Of a stretch of DNA of 64,000 bases, positions 1 through 14,308 are shown in pieces. The notes beneath the pieces were generated by a model. The model saw nothing but the letters and a program-made list of their open reading frames with translations, was not told the origin of the DNA and did not search any database. How positions within the stretch are numbered: the first letter of the stretch is position 1; each line of letters begins with the position of its first letter. Made by a program: the position numbers and the translations under genes. Source of the DNA: Selaginella moellendorffii (lineage: Eukaryota > Plantae > Lycopodiophyta); assembly GCF_000143415.4 (NCBI RefSeq), contig NW_003314335.1, forward strand, positions 588,113-652,112. The letters are read 5' to 3'.

Positions 1-295
1 GAGTTGTTCCAGTAGCACGAGTTTGCGCTTGGGCTCGTGAGTGAGGCGCATTAGCAACTCGAGGTTACACTTTGAGTTGGCAGGATTAATGTTAACCTAT
101 CGGTGGTTCCATGAGTTGTTCCATGTACCATGGGTGAAAGCAAACCTCCCTGGGTTTGCTATGAGTGGCAAATAGGCTAGTCCGTAGCTGTTTAGCACGG
201 CACTAGTGGATCCTTCCTAGGCATGATTATAATTGGATCAGTCAAGACTGTAGGGAATAGTCTATTGGTTCAAGTAATCATTGCCGTGCTCTCTC
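1..295 (+). mobile_element. Fragment of family-A LTR retroelement 5' internal region
   Basis: Reverse complement of ~10510-10803 (e.g. ggcactagtggatccttcctagg), which lies just inside the PBS of the element at 4880-12151. Confidence 0.8.
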
Positions 296-1116
296 CCTTT
301 ATGATTTCCCTTTAGGTGTCCTTCCCACTTCACCTTGACCAAGCCACACCATTATCAATAGTTCAAATTAACACTTTGAAATGGGAATTATATTCTTTAA
401 CCCAAACAAAGACCTTGTCTTTGTTTAGCCACAAGATCACCTGGTGATCTCATTTTGACCCTTTAACAGGTCTACCAATAGGAATTAGGTCTTCCAGACC
501 CTTTTAAATTGTTGACTATGACCCAGGGGCATCCCCCACACTTGGCGGTGCGCCCAAGCCAGCCCTTCCGGCCAAGGATCCATAGCAACTGAGACTGCGT
601 GTCCCTATCTCATTCACCACGTCCTTGGTGCTCTTTGCACCAAAGTGTTCAAGTTAGATATGCTGAGCTTTCACTCTAAGCAATTTAACCGTGCATCACA
701 ACTCCGAGGCATCCCTCATTTGGCGATGTGCCCAAACCAGTTTCCTCACTGAGAGTCTATGACCATCGAAATATGAGTGTCCTCATATTCCAAACCATCA
801 CCACGCCCTAGTGATTTGGGACTTAAACCCAAGCACTAGAGGGTCTGGACTCAAACCCAACCTCCGTATATGCATCTACGGATGGCATCGAACAGGATGC
901 TTGGCGTGACTCCCTATGCCGGTGCACAAACTTATACTTAAAGCGCGCTATAGATCACAACTTAGGAACCTAGTTCCTCCGCACTGCCAAGTCCTCTCAC
1001 TTGACAAGTCTATGATCATGCATGGACTCCTCCATGCTCGGCCCCATGGGCCACCCCTTTGAAGTTAGCACCTTCAACTAGGGGATTTGTTCCCCTAACT
1101 TGCTAATCTCACTTAG
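296..1116. repeat. Degenerate LTR-like repeat debris
   Basis: cctttaggtgtcc (309-321) is the reverse complement of a family-B LTR segment near 37786; imperfect ~90 bp direct repeats at ~528-620 and ~708-805; no ORF. Confidence 0.35.
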
Positions 1117-4100
1117 AAGCTCTATTTCGTTAAAGTGGGAATTGTCATTATCCCACTTGTAAAATAAGGTTTCCAAACCTTTATATAGTATATAAATATA
1201 ACAAAATTCAATTGCATTGAGGCACATGCCATTTTATTTTAAACAAGGAAATGTCTACTCAATCACTTCTCCTCCCCCTGCCACTGCTTCACCTCTCTCT
1301 TCTCCTTGTCATCGTCGTCCAATTTCTTTCCATCCTTTTAATATTGGCTCAGTTGCTCCGAGTCTAGGTGGAGCCCAAGTCCCCATTCAATCTTTACTTT
1401 CCCCTTATTAATAAAACAACTTTGTAGACTTCCAATAACATGCTGTAACACTTCTAGTATAATGCAAATCCTCTCAAAGAATTGTCTTTTAATATTAATA
1501 CAATGGCATGGAACCCCATGCCATAATAAGTTACATTTTTAAATAAATACATGCCATCTCAGACTGTTATTTTTTGCCTCCAACGCCTATACAATAATCT
1601 TGGAATTTTATCACTCTCCACACTATCAGGATTTAAACCCAATAGTAATGCCATCTCTTCTCTAATACGTCCACGCTCATGTTCAGTGGTCGAAGAACCC
1701 ATCCGGTTGAGCAGATTATGGAGATGCGGATAGTGCTTGGCTAGACAATATACATGCCATAAATGATGACTGGTGTCTGTCCGATCAAATGGCTTCTAAT
1801 ATACCGTTCCATCTGCCATTTGGTTGATTTCTGCAGCCACCTCCTGGACTGGCCGGTTCTCTATCACCATCGCTCCAAGCCGGTTTGCAAGGTCCCCCAG
1901 AACATACGGTTTCTTCTCCCTAGTTTCCATACTGCAAGAGATGGGGTGCACTGCATATGTGTGCGTGTTCGCTGCAGTTTTAATCGGCGAGTCATCGATG
2001 ATGAGGATTTCACTTGAGCTAGCAGTCCGGTTCATCACTACAGCCTCTGGCTTGACGAAGATGGGCTTGCTACCCCTCACATGGACCATAGTCAAGCAAT
2101 CCTCCTGCGTTAGGAGAAAGTCAAATGGTAATATTACTCGCGTCTGATCGTGCATCATCTGTAGCAACGTTAATGCATTGTGGCGCATCATGGATGTCCA
2201 AACTCCCAATTGCAAATTGAACCCGGCCCTCTGTTTTAAGTGTCGCATGGTCATTATTAGATCCCGTAGTTTCTCCCGTGTGATTAATGTGAATCTGTCT
2301 CTTTTGACCAACTTGCGACCGTAGGCTTTGGAGGGTGCAATGACATTCGAGGACGAGCCACGCTCATGGGAGAAAAGGACACTGTTCAGATCAAAAACGA
2401 TACAGTACCTTCGCTGTGACTCTGAAATGAAATGCGTCAGCATAAAAAATGGTACAAGTCAATTTTACCATCTACAATATTAGCGAATGTTGCTCCCGAT
2501 GGTCGTTGAGAGGGTTTTGGTCGAGGAAACGTGAAGGGCGGAAATACTCTCCTCTGCAATGTGGGGTCAATCGCATCCGATGGCGTGTGGGCACATGCCA
2601 TTTCAGCTGTAGACTCTGGTACAACTGGCTCAACAGTGGCATGGGGTGGTTCCGATGGCGTGTGATCACACGCCATTTCAGCTGGTGCCTCTATTGGCAA
2701 AGTGGACATGACCGAACAGGCAGCAGGGGCGGTGTAGGGAGGTTCCAACGGCGCGTAGTCAGACGATTGGGCACACGTTGAGTCCGTTGGAAATGAGGAT
2801 ACGACCGGCTCGGCGGCTGGGGCGGCCTCATGTGGGTCCAATGGCGCCTGGTCACCGTCAGTTGGATACGTGGACAAGATTGACTCAGTGGTATGGGCAG
2901 CATCAAGTGGAGCGTGGTCAGCTTGCTTGGCGTTGATATGGATAGTAGCCTCCACCAGCTCTGATGACTCTTGCTGCAAAGTAGAGTCCACTGGCGGATC
3001 CATATGCATGTCCAAATATCTCCCTTCGATTGAGATGGTATCCTCCCGTGCTACTAAAAACAAACTCATTAGCACATTGAATCGACTATACTGTATTTAC
3101 CATCAACTGCTATTGAGGAACTAGGACCGATATCACTTGGGCGCACTGCTGATTCTGAAGGATTGGACATACGTTTCGACCCTTGCTTGGCACTATCCTT
3201 CCTCGACACTAAAGGCTAGAGTTTGTAAATTCAACTGAATAATCTCTACTTACCATTTGCTCTGCGACCTACATGGAAAATGTTAGAAATGGTAAAAGGT
3301 TAGGAATGGATGTACTATTATTTACCTGATGTTTGTCTTGTATAACCTTCCTCCGCTGGTCTTTGGCCACCTCAGGCTGGCCATCGTCGTCATCATCGTC
3401 GTCGTCGTTATTGTGATCGTCACCATTGTGAGGACCATCCAAGTCCTCTTCGTCGTCCTCTTCTTCGTCCTCCTCTTCTTTGTCCTCCTCTTCGACCTTC
3501 TGCTCTTCCTGCTCATTATCTTTCTCTGGCTCCTCATCCCCCTCCTACATTTCTTCCATAGGCTGCTCAGGCTGGATGGCTTGTTCTTCCAGGACCATCT
3601 TGGGAAAATCATCTGGCCGAGTCTCCATCTCAAAATACAAGACATCCATAGCCTGTTTTAGTGCGTGACCTAGGACCGTATCCTCACCCAACTGTCTTAA
3701 CATGGTTTCTGCACGTTCTTGCACCCTTCGAAGACGACGAGATGAGAAAAACGTGGCCCTGACTTGAAAAGCATCCCTCATCCATTGTACCTCTCCATTG
3801 AGATTGGGGAAGGGGAGTCCGCCATAGGAATCTGAGTCATGAGGTGGTGACTGCCTGCTTTCACTCAGCCCTTGATCTGCAATGAATGGCATGAGCACAC
3901 ACGCCATAACCGTGAGGCATTACCTATCATCTTTTCGTTGCCCTTCTTCCTTTTCGAATCAAACGCCTCTGATCTCGACGACTGTCCAACGTGCTTTCGC
4001 TTTTTATGACCACTGTCAGTTTGAGCTTGGCTGGTGCTTGCCTGTTTTGCCTTTGAAGAAGTTTCTCCTGCAAGGAATGGCATGAGACCACACGCCATTG

Positions 4101-4879
4101 CAAATATAATTTGTACCTCCTTTTTTCCTATTGCTTGTCTGTTTGTCCTTTTTCGATGCGCCACCAGTGCGCTTTTCAGTCCTCGTGTCTGAATATTCAC
4201 AACGATCTATAATCAAAATGGCGTGAGGCCTCACGTGACCTTACCTTGTGCAGGTTGTGAGCTCGGCCCAACATGGGTATCTTCAACAGTAGCTGTTAAC
4301 GCCGTTTCAGCATCTGGGGGTGGCCACGCTCCTGCATACAGAGCTTGTGAGATAACATTTAAACTTAAAGTGTGTACTCACCAGGTTCGCAGAGAAGATA
4401 CTGTTTTTCTTTGGCAACTGTAATTATATGCTCCATTGAAGTCACCTCTTCAATGGAGTTTGTCACCGCAACACATGGGACACCCTTGAGTAGTGCGGCT
4501 CGAAAGAATAGTCCGCCGCAGTTGTACTCGACAACGCATTTGCCCTTGGAGTCGGAAGCAGGTGACCCACCCACTATTGCATTGAAGACCCAGCTGAGCA
4601 TTTCCCATGCTGCACCTGGAGCTTTCTTTGGATTCGAAAGCTCCATAGCCGTCTTCAGTTCCTCAGGCACGGGTAAATTGACCTCCCTCAGATCAATTCG
4701 ATTGGCCTTGTCGAACGAAGCTGGGAAGTCACTCCAGTCCCACTCTGCTGCAGGACCAATAACAAGGGCGAGTGTGAAGATGCGGACATTCGTCGGTATC
4801 TTCTTCTTAGCCATTATCCCATGGATCTCCCGCATCTCCTTGCCTTTCAACCGAGCCTTCACCTCGTTCAAGGCCTTCC
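1117..4879. mobile_element. Truncated copy 1 of the Sola-like cargo transposon (left end only)
   Basis: Starts with the TIR aagctctatttcgttaaagtggga and is near-identical to 15065-~18813. Ends abruptly at the TG of an LTR at 4880. Confidence 0.92.
1559..4879 (-). pseudogene. 3' part of transposon cargo gene (MTase-like C-terminal part, acidic region, FCP1/NIF HAD domain), truncated
   Basis: Same exons as 15507-18813. 5' half removed at the LTR junction; CAG>TAG stop at 1796-1798; motif DLNSVL instead of DLNGVL. Confidence 0.85.
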
Positions 4880-6026
4880 TGTAGCGCACGTGGTTTTGAC
4901 CCTTTATCCTATGGCGATTTACCATAGGATACCACCACGAAGCGGAACCTAAACCCTCTTTGTGCCACGTGACAGATGCCACGTGTCACATGCCACGTGT
5001 CACATACCACGTGTCCATAGGAACCCGAGGTTCAGGGCCTTGGGCCACTGAACGAAGGAACGGTGCCAAACTCCCAAGCGTGACGCCAAGGAGTGATGGA
5101 ACCGGACCACGGAGCAACTCCCGAGCATATAGCCCAAGGAGCGAAGGGACAGGAGCCCGGAGTGACTTGGAACAGTCCTGGAGCAACCAGCATACCAATG
5201 CCAAGACCAGCACGCAAAACGGAGCCAAACAGAGTCTGGCGCTATTTCGGCATACCGGTGGCCTAACGTGAGGATATGGGTACTCCACCAGCTAGCATGG
5301 AATGGAACTTGGGCTTAGACCCAAGCCGGATGCAGAACAAGGACAGGCACGCAAGCGGGAGCTAGACTATGCCTCAGGTTGGTCGGCCATGCCCGACCTA
5401 CCCACTATCCCTACTATACATTTGGAACCCCCCATAGCCCCCCCCCCTTGAGGAACACACGCTTTGGGCTTTCACCCCAAGCTTCCCTTAGTATCAGGAG
5501 TTAGTCTCTGGGACAAACTCAAAACTTACTAAATATGGAATGTCCTTAGATTGCGAATTTGGACACAGGACGAACACCATTGTGTTCAGGCCGATCTCTA
5601 CATTCCGTAGATATGCCAAATGAGCAAATCTAGACACTTTCCATAAATAGCATTTGGGACCGAAAGGAGACTAACACAAAGGGCATGATAGCGAGGGTGT
5701 TTGACAGACACGGTAAGCTATCATCCAGCGATATTGAGGGACCAATCTCAATACGCGAGGGTTCTTGTCAAGCCAGTGCAAGACAGAGCAAAAGAGAACT
5801 AACAAGCCGGGCCGAGTATGCTCAGCTAAATAGATACTTAGGAATTCCTTCCTTATGCTCATCCGGCCAAGTACAGATGCAAAGTCCAGTTTACTAACAC
5901 TTGAACAAGAGGGACTAATAAAGGGTCCAGCAATACCGACCTCCTGCCATCGTGGCAGTAAGGAAAGAGTGTCCGTAAGGACTGGTTGACAGGTAACTTT
6001 CGATACCCGAAGTCACATTCGCGACA
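4880..6026 (-). repeat. 3' LTR of family-A element
   Basis: tgtagcgcac...ttcgcgaca; near-identical to 11008-12151; adjacent to the PPT. Confidence 0.92.
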
Positions 6027-9000
6027 CTCTCCCCCCCTTGGGGAAGATCGACGTCCTCGTCGATGCATACTCGAGTCTAGAATACCGCCAAGGAAACAAC
6101 TCCAGAAAAAGTTCACGGTACTCACACTATGTGAGAAATGCACCAACTTAAATGAGTTAAGGGGGTAACCTCTTTGTCTAACGCGGATGCGCTACCAGCT
6201 CAGACACCTCCCGGCCGTCGCCGACAAGGAAATGACCAACGGAGTTAGCCACCCTTGCTGCTCTGGGCGTCACCCAGCTACAAAAGTGTGATATGCCCTG
6301 CCCGCAGGAACATAGAGAGAGAAGCCAGAGGCCCCAACCCTCCTGAGCAAAGAAACCAAACCCGTCGGTAAGGTTTAGATAGACTACTGTCAACAGGCAG
6401 TTAGAGTTGTTTACACGGTCACGCCCTTTCAACGTAACAAGGAACATCGACAGAGAGGCGGGTTATGTGACCAGTCGACAATAGCTACCCCATGACTAGA
6501 GATTTCACCATGCACACGAAGTGCCGAAGCCAGTCTGCCTATACTGGCCCAAACTCAAAGATCAATATATAGGGACTATATCAACGTCATAAACAATGAT
6601 ATCTGAGAAGCTTAATTACTAGTGATTATATCTTAGAGTAGAACACAAAAGTATTCTAAGCAAGTTATCATCCGATAAACCAGTAGTATTGTAGATAGGA
6701 ACCACCAACATCATCATAATTTGGCAAACACAGGAATGACCATCCAACAAAATTCAATAGCTAGTATATTATCAAAGAAACTCAATGATGGAACTTAACT
6801 ACCGAAGATAGTAGACAGTAAGCCAACAACTTACTAGAGAGAACTCAAAGAACACAAAGTATCATTGACTAACAAGCACAATGCTCGCAAATGTATCACC
6901 CAAAGGAAATAACATCCAAATCTATCAAAACTAACTCGAGCAACAATCAACAGAAGAGAATGAATGTGGAAAGACCAACAAACACTCATTCCTGCCAACT
7001 ATCACAAAAGCCAATCTGAATAGATCCCAGCCAACAATACCAAGGAACTCAAGTTGCCTAAGCAAGTGTTAGCAACATCCTGCGGATGTCTCAAACCCAA
7101 GAGACCAATCTAGAGCAAACCACAAAGAATATGTGGTATTGCGAAAAGCCATAAGCTATCAAAGAGAACAACTAACCATCATGAAAGATCATCAATCATT
7201 CCATCAATAAAGAGATGCATAATCATCGTTTAAGAAGGAATCCACCATCCCGAAGAACGGCAAACCATTCTATACCAACAATAATCAAGCAAAACTTTTT
7301 GACATGGATAATCAATTATCCTAGATGATAGTCAATCATCACCAATGATTGCTAGATGCAAATACTAACTTCAACATCAAAGCTAAAGAGCCAAAAATGC
7401 CTTCCCCAACAACTTCTAACAAATGGAACAATGAGCATAAAACTCAAAGAACCAAAGCTCGAAGAAGCCTATAGCTAAGTCTTGCTTAATAATGATCACG
7501 AGTCTCATAGAAGCTAACTTCAATGCTAAAGAAGAAATCATGGTGCAACCCACAATGTCTTCTTCAACACATTCATAAGCCAAACTTCATAATGCCAAAG
7601 CTAATGAAGAGCATTTCTGCATCAATCCAAAAGCTAAGCACAATGGAGCTATGCTCAACAAGTGATCACTAAATGATCCTCCATGAATCCATCTATAGCA
7701 AGACGTAACTCACCTCATAACAAGCACAAGAAAAATCATTAATGATTGATATATCTCAATTGAAATCCAAGAAGGATTCAATCACTTCAATGCCAATCAC
7801 TAACTCTTCCTCTTATAGAGGTAGCATTGTTCACGACTAAATCACTTTGCAAGGAAAAGCTAAAGCTCAACCTCAACTAAGCAATCTCGTCTAGAACACA
7901 ACTAACCCAAACTTGCCACTCAGTTCATTTGAACGTCAATACAGTTGCTAACTAGCAATTGCACGAATGCTAACAACACAAAGCTACAGCCAAATCATCA
8001 ACACTATCTTCATCAAGACTAACGAAACTCGACATCAATCTTGCGGAGAGACATCTCATTTCACTGAAATCTCAATATCAACAATATCAATGACAAGGCA
8101 TCACTTCAATGCCATCAACACCAAAACAAAGCTAGAAGAAAGCACGAGTGAATCACCACTCAAAACTCTCCAGCAACCAAGCTAACCAAAGTCGAAGATA
8201 CTTTAGTCAATATCTGAGACCAATCCTTCAACAAAACTCAGTTACAGATAACACTTCATCAAGGAGTGATTCACCACGTCCAAGACTTAATGAAATCTAA
8301 CACCACGAACTAGATGCAACCAAATGATATCAACAGAGATAGAGTCGATATGCCAACATGGAAAACCCATGTAAGTCTAACGATACGATCTTCCGCAACA
8401 CCATCCGGTAAAGCAAGCCCATCACTGCTAAATCACCATCGAGCAAAGCAAGTATCAACAGTCTTTTTGACAAAGTCTACAAGTAATCACTAGTCGCAAA
8501 GCAACTAACAATCACCTTTCAACTTGCCTTCACAAGACCCGAACACTAACTCATGTCATCGAGTTACATACTTGTCCAACATGAACATAATACCCCAGGT
8601 ACGAGATAAAAGTTCATAGACAAGCACAAACTACATGACCACTCGAATCCAACTCAATCACAATAAGCTCACTAATGCATTTAGTCAATAGCTCTGAGCA
8701 TGCCTTGAAGAGGCTAGCTATGTGATCAACACTCAGTCGAAACTAAAGTGAAGACCATGAGATGGACTCATATCTGTACACAACCTCCTCATAGACAAAG
8801 CTATAGTACGGGTACCAACATCTCAACCTCAAACAACTAAGTTGGACATCACCATCCTCAGCCAAGGTGTAGGGCCACCAAAACCAAGTCAAGATCAGTG
8901 AGAGCTCACTACTCTCATAGAGTCTAACGTAATGTAAGGTGCAAACTGCCACCAAGCACAATGCTACAAAAGAAAGGCACAAGGGTCACCTTTCTTAGAA

Positions 9001-11007
9001 AAGCGCAACAGCCACTTTTCTACACCAACTCCAGACTCTATCCAACTCAATTGCCTTAGCCCCAAAAGTCAGCATCCCTTTCGGGTCGCATCATACAAAC
9101 TATCTACCAAGGTCTAAGCTAACCGAAGTCAACTCCAACCCCTTCACTAGTTTGTACTGACCTTCGAAAACGGAATGGTTTTCGGACAAAATGATCAATA
9201 GATCAGCCATTGGAAAAGTCTAAGAAAATTTGTGAAAAATTTCCCATCCTAGAGAAAGAATGACTCTCAGTCCAAGATTGCAAACTTTCAAGACTCAACC
9301 AACTTCCTCCTACCAACAACTTTACATAGGCTCACCTCAACACAGATTCTCATGATCCATCAATATGCTTAAGCATCGAACATCTTTACCCATTTTGACA
9401 TCTGACATCCGCAAAGTGCAAAATGAACATCCAAGGCTTGATCACGAAGACCACATCTTCGGATATCCACATTGCACTAACACTCTTCTTCAATCACCTT
9501 CAAGATCCAATGTGAAGCCAAAACACTAACAAGAAAAATGATATGGAAAATCAAGCTCTAAGGAAAATTCCTCATCACTCGAATCAACAATGCCACTTCC
9601 ACTAACACAAGTGCTAGCGATGTCAATGCATCAACCTCACACCTTCTCCATCCAATAATCTACTCCAAGTGCTAACGGATCAATAGATGAGCTATAGCAA
9701 ATGAATGCTACAACCCATTCCCAACACCTTATGGGCAAACCCTCAAGGAAACAAGGTACCAACATAAGCTTAGCATAATGGACCACCATTGAGAACCCAG
9801 TCAAGGCTACTACAATGCTACTACGTGCAAGTAGACTAGCTTCTCCATCAACCACTTTGGGGTTGATCATCATTTAACCAAACAACTTCGTAAATACATT
9901 GCTCACTATCACATGAACATGATATAAGAATCACAATGACTTGATCATCAATTGAGAAACACTACGAGCAATGCCTATGTCATTACTTCAAAGGTTTATG
10001 TAGTATCAAGTGTCAATTTGATTCGACAAAATGCAACATAAATGCCACACCCTATCAATAGAGATTTACAACACCCAACACCACTAACTTTTGTTCACAA
10101 CATGGACAAGCTCATGCCACTCTCTTTCTGACCAAACTCAAAACTAATCCAACACCAAGCTACTTCAAGGAGCAGTAGCAAGGTTCCCCGGAAAAGAATT
10201 GAGCATTGCAACTCAAGTCTTCCAATAGCAAACTTAGATAAAATGGTTTAGCGCTTCACCGCTATCCATCCCACAACTCACCATTGTAAAACCACCATCT
10301 CCAACATGCATCAAGATAGGGACTCTTGACTGCATGATGTGAACACAAGCAATGAGTTAACACCTCGTTGCAAATCATCTCTCCAAGAAGAGAAGATGAT
10401 TTACGTATTTGATCCTCCGTCCTCGATGACTCTCTTTTCGGTCTCATCTTTGACCAAACCTCAAGCTTGCTTTCGCACTGCCTTTAGTTCAATCCAAGAA
10501 AAGTTTATGAGAGAGCACGGCCATGATTACTTGAACCAATAGACTAATCCCTATAGTCTTGATTGATTCACTTATAATCATACCTAGGAAGGATCCACTA
10601 GTGCCGTGCTAAACAGCTACGGACCAGCCTATTTGCCACTCATAGCAAACCCAGGGAGGTTTACTTTCACCCACGGTACATGGAACAACTCATGGAACCA
10701 CCAATAGGCTAACATTAATCTTGCCAACTCAAAGTGTAACCTCGAGTTGCTAATGCGCCTCACTCACGAGCCCAAGCGCAAAATCGTGTAACGGAACAAC
10801 TCAATTCACCCTATGAGCCCAAGAGCAAGCTCACATAATATGGAACAAAAAAAGGTAACCAAAACCTATCCCAAGGAACCAATGCGAAGTCTTTGCACCC
10901 AAACGTGTACCCACTCGGATCATCGTTTTCATCTCTGCGTATGCAACAAGACTAGTTCCCCAATCTCATTGAATAGTACTCGCTGAGACTCATCCTCTGA
11001 TACCAAA

Positions 11008-12151
11008 TGTAGCGCACGTGGTTTTGACCCTTTATCCTATGGTGATTTACCATAGGATAACACCACGAAGCGGAACCTAAACCCTCTTTGTGCCACGTGA
11101 CAGATGCCACGTGTCACATACCACGTGTCCATGCCACGTGTCCATAGGAACCCGAGGTTCAGGGCCTTGGGCCACTGAACGAAGAAACGGTGCCAAACTC
11201 CCAAGCGTGACGCCAAGGAGTGATGGAACCGGACCACGGAGCAACTCCCGAGCATATAGCCCAAGGAGCGAAGGGATAGGAGCCCGGAGCGACTTGGAAC
11301 AGTCCTGGAGCAACCAGCATACCAATGCCAGGACTAGCACGCAAAACGGAGCCAAACAGAGTCTGGCGCTATTTCGGCATACTGGTGGCCTAACGTGAGG
11401 ATATGGGTACTCCACCAGCTAGCATGGAATGGAACTTGGGCTTAGACCCAAGCCGGACGCAGAACAAGGACAGGCACGCAAGCGGGAGCTAGACTATGCC
11501 TCAGGTTGGTCGGCCATGCCCGACCTACCCACTATCCCTACTATACATTTGGAACCCCCCATAGCCCCCCCCTTGAGGAACACACGCTTTGGGCTTTCAC
11601 CCCAAGCTTCCCTTAGTATCAGGAGTTAGTCTCTGGGACAAACTCAAAACTTACTAAATATGGAATGTCCTTAGATTGCGAATTTGGACACAGGACGAAC
11701 ACCATTGTGTTCAGGCTGATCTCTACATTCCGTAGATATGCCAAATGAGCAAATCTGGACACTTTCCATAAATAGCATTTGGGACCGAAAGGAGACTAAC
11801 ACAAAGGGCATGATAGCGAGGGTGTTTGACAGACACGGTAAGCTATCATGTAGCGATATTGAGGGACCAATCTCAATACGCGAGGGTTCTTGTCAAGCCA
11901 GTGCAAGACAGAGCAAAAGAGAACTAACAAGCCGGGCCGAGTATGCTCAGCTAAATAGATACTTAGGAATTCCTTCCTTATGCTCATCCGGCCAAGTACA
12001 GATGCAAAGTCCAGTTTACTAACACTTGAACAAGAGGGACTAATAAAGGGTCCAGCAATACCGACCTCCTGCCATCATGGCAGTAAGGAAAGAGTGTCCG
12101 TAAGGACTGGTCGACAGGTAACTTTCGATACCCGAAGTCACATTCGCGACA
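11008..12151 (-). repeat. 5' LTR of family-A element
   Basis: tgtagcgcac...ttcgcgaca; adjacent to the PBS. Confidence 0.92.
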
Positions 12152-12155
12152 AGTT

Positions 12156-12600
12156 CGAGATGGAGTCCGAGATGGACTTGAGATGGAGTCCGAGATGGAC
12201 TCGAGATGGAGTCCGAGATGGACTGAGATGGAGTCCGAGATGGACCTGAGATGGAGTCCGAGATGGAGTCCGAGATGGACCCGAGGTGGAGTCCGAGATG
12301 GACCCGAGATGGAGTTTGAAGTCGAGACCGAGACGGAGCCTGAGACCGGGACCGAGACCGGGACTGAGACCAAGACTGAGGCCGAGACCGAAACCAAGCC
12401 CAAGTCCGAGATGGACCCGAGATGGAGTTTGAAGTTGAGACTGAGACGGAGCTTGAGACCGGGACTGAGACCGAGACCGGGACCGAGACCGAGACTGAGG
12501 CCGAGACCGAGACCAAGCCCAAGTCCAAGTCTGAGTCCGAGTCTGAGTCCGAATCTGAGTCCAAGTCCGAGTGCGAGTTTGAGTTCGAGTTCAAGTCTGA
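12156..12600. repeat. Tandem 6/12-bp minisatellite (gagatggagtcc, gagacc/gagtcc)
   Basis: Visible periodicity; gives low-complexity ORFs in several frames on both strands. Confidence 0.9.
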
Positions 12601-13598
12601 GAGGGTGAAAGCCCAAAGCATTCATCTCCTAGACTCTGGGGGGTTTGGTGAGCTCCAAAAGTATAGTAAGGGGGAGGACTGCAGTGGAGCCGGTTTGGCC
12701 GGGAAAGGCCAATTTGGCCCAAGAAGGTCAGATCTAGTGTTAGGTGATGAACTAACCACTGGGAAGTCCAAAACTAGAGTGAATACAGACCGACAAGTGG
12801 GGTAACTTAGTGAAGTGTTCAAGAGCCGGCTCTAATTCCCCCGGGAGATCGACTAGCTGATGCTCCCAGTCCAAGTGTGGGTGGCACTACCTACTTGGAT
12901 ACCTGGTGTGGCTCAACGGAACCTTGCTCTAAGCCCATGGCTAGAGCACCTAAAGGCGGAATGTGGGGAGAGTACCCATGGGGCTCGCGTAGGGCCACGG
13001 TGTTCCAAAATGTTGTCCCAAAGTCCCAAATGGGGGAAAGGAGGAGGAGCAATCCTCTAGTGTAGTTACTACGGATATGGTCACATAGTGAGGAAGTCTC
13101 AGAGGACAATGGGACTTAGTGGCCGGGCCTGCGGGCCTTGATCTAGGGGCAATGTTGGTGAACATGGCCATGGACGAAAAAGGGACTTGGCAAGAACTGA
13201 CAAAGGCATGTTGGGGAAGGCTATTCCCCATGTCTATGGGCATCCTAAGGATGCTAAGGAGTGGATCTAGGATGACCACTCGTGGACAAATGGCCTGGTC
13301 TTGGAGAGACAGGATTGTGATGCAAGTGGTATTGGACCACCAGTACGGCAAAGGTGAATGGGCATGGCCTTAGCGTAACAGACCAATATGTCAATGGTAC
13401 CTTTGGGTATCAGTCTTGGGATTGGACACGTGGAGCACTTGGACCAAGTGCAAGGGATGAGTGGCATGGATGCCATTCTTGGGACTAGCAAGTCCCAAGT
13501 CCTGAATTGGACTCAAGGAGGTTGTGAATGAGACTCCTCCAAGTGGTCAAAGGTGTGGTTAAGTGACTAAAGTAGAATGGAAAATTTAGTCACTTACA
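12601..13598. mobile_element. Family-B LTR (partial)
   Basis: Ends ...cacttaca at 13598. ~12860-13598 aligns with ~37701-38441, which ends at the same ...ttaca boundary. Left edge uncertain. Confidence 0.6.
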
Positions 13599-14308
13599 TG
13601 CATCTCATGGTCTTCACTTTAGTTTCAACTGAGTGTTGATTGCATAGGTAGCCTCTTCAAAACATGCTCAAAGCTAGTGGCTAATGTTTTAGTGAGCTTA
13701 TTATGGTTGAGTTGGATTCGAGTGGTCATTTAGTTTGTGCTTGTTTATGAACTTTTATCTCGTACTTGAGGTATCACATTCATGTTGGACAAGTATATAA
13801 CTTGATGATAAGAGTTGGTATTTGGGTCTTGTGAAGGCAAGTTGAGGAGTGATTGTTAGTTGCTTTACAACTAATGATTGCTTGTAGACTTCGTCGAGGA
13901 CTGTTTGACACTTGGTTCGCTCGATGATGATTTAGCAGTGGTGGGTTTGCTTTAATGGATGGTGTTGCGGAGGATTGTGTCGTTAGTCTTACATGGGTTT
14001 TCCACATTAGCATATTAACTCTACCTTTGTCGATATCATTTAGTGGCATTTAGTTCGTAGTGTTGGATTTCATTGAGTCTTGGACGTGGTGAATCACTCC
14101 TTGATGACATATTATCTGAAATTGAGTATTGTTGGAGAACCGGTCTCGGATACTGACTACGGTATCTTCAACTTTGGTTAGCTTGGTGTAAGCAACCAAA
14201 GGGAATGACTCGAGAGACGATCCATTAGGGTTCAAATATAAAGAGAAAGGGCCCATGAACAAGAGTGCACCCCCTTTTCTAATCGGTTAAGGGTCTTGGG
14301 ATAGTTGG

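Larger units (their letters stand above)
4880..12151 (-). mobile_element. Family-A non-coding (LARD-like) LTR retroelement
   Basis: Two ~1.15 kb TG..CA LTRs. PBS tggtatcagag (Met-i type) on minus at 10995-11005 and PPT caagggggggagag on minus at 6027-6040. The ~5 kb interior has no ORF >95 aa. Confidence 0.88.

Noticed and set aside
4365-4982. 205-aa ORF as an independent gene
   Set aside because: Chimeric read-through from LTR sequence into the truncated cargo exon at 4879/4880.
4960-5897. Short ORFs repeated at 11037-12022 and 36.2-37.1 kb
   Set aside because: They lie within LTRs and recur only because the LTR is repeated.
11984-12805. ORFs of 127-213 aa with SD/ET/LG repeats
   Set aside because: Produced in multiple frames and both strands by a 6/12-bp minisatellite; no coding evidence.
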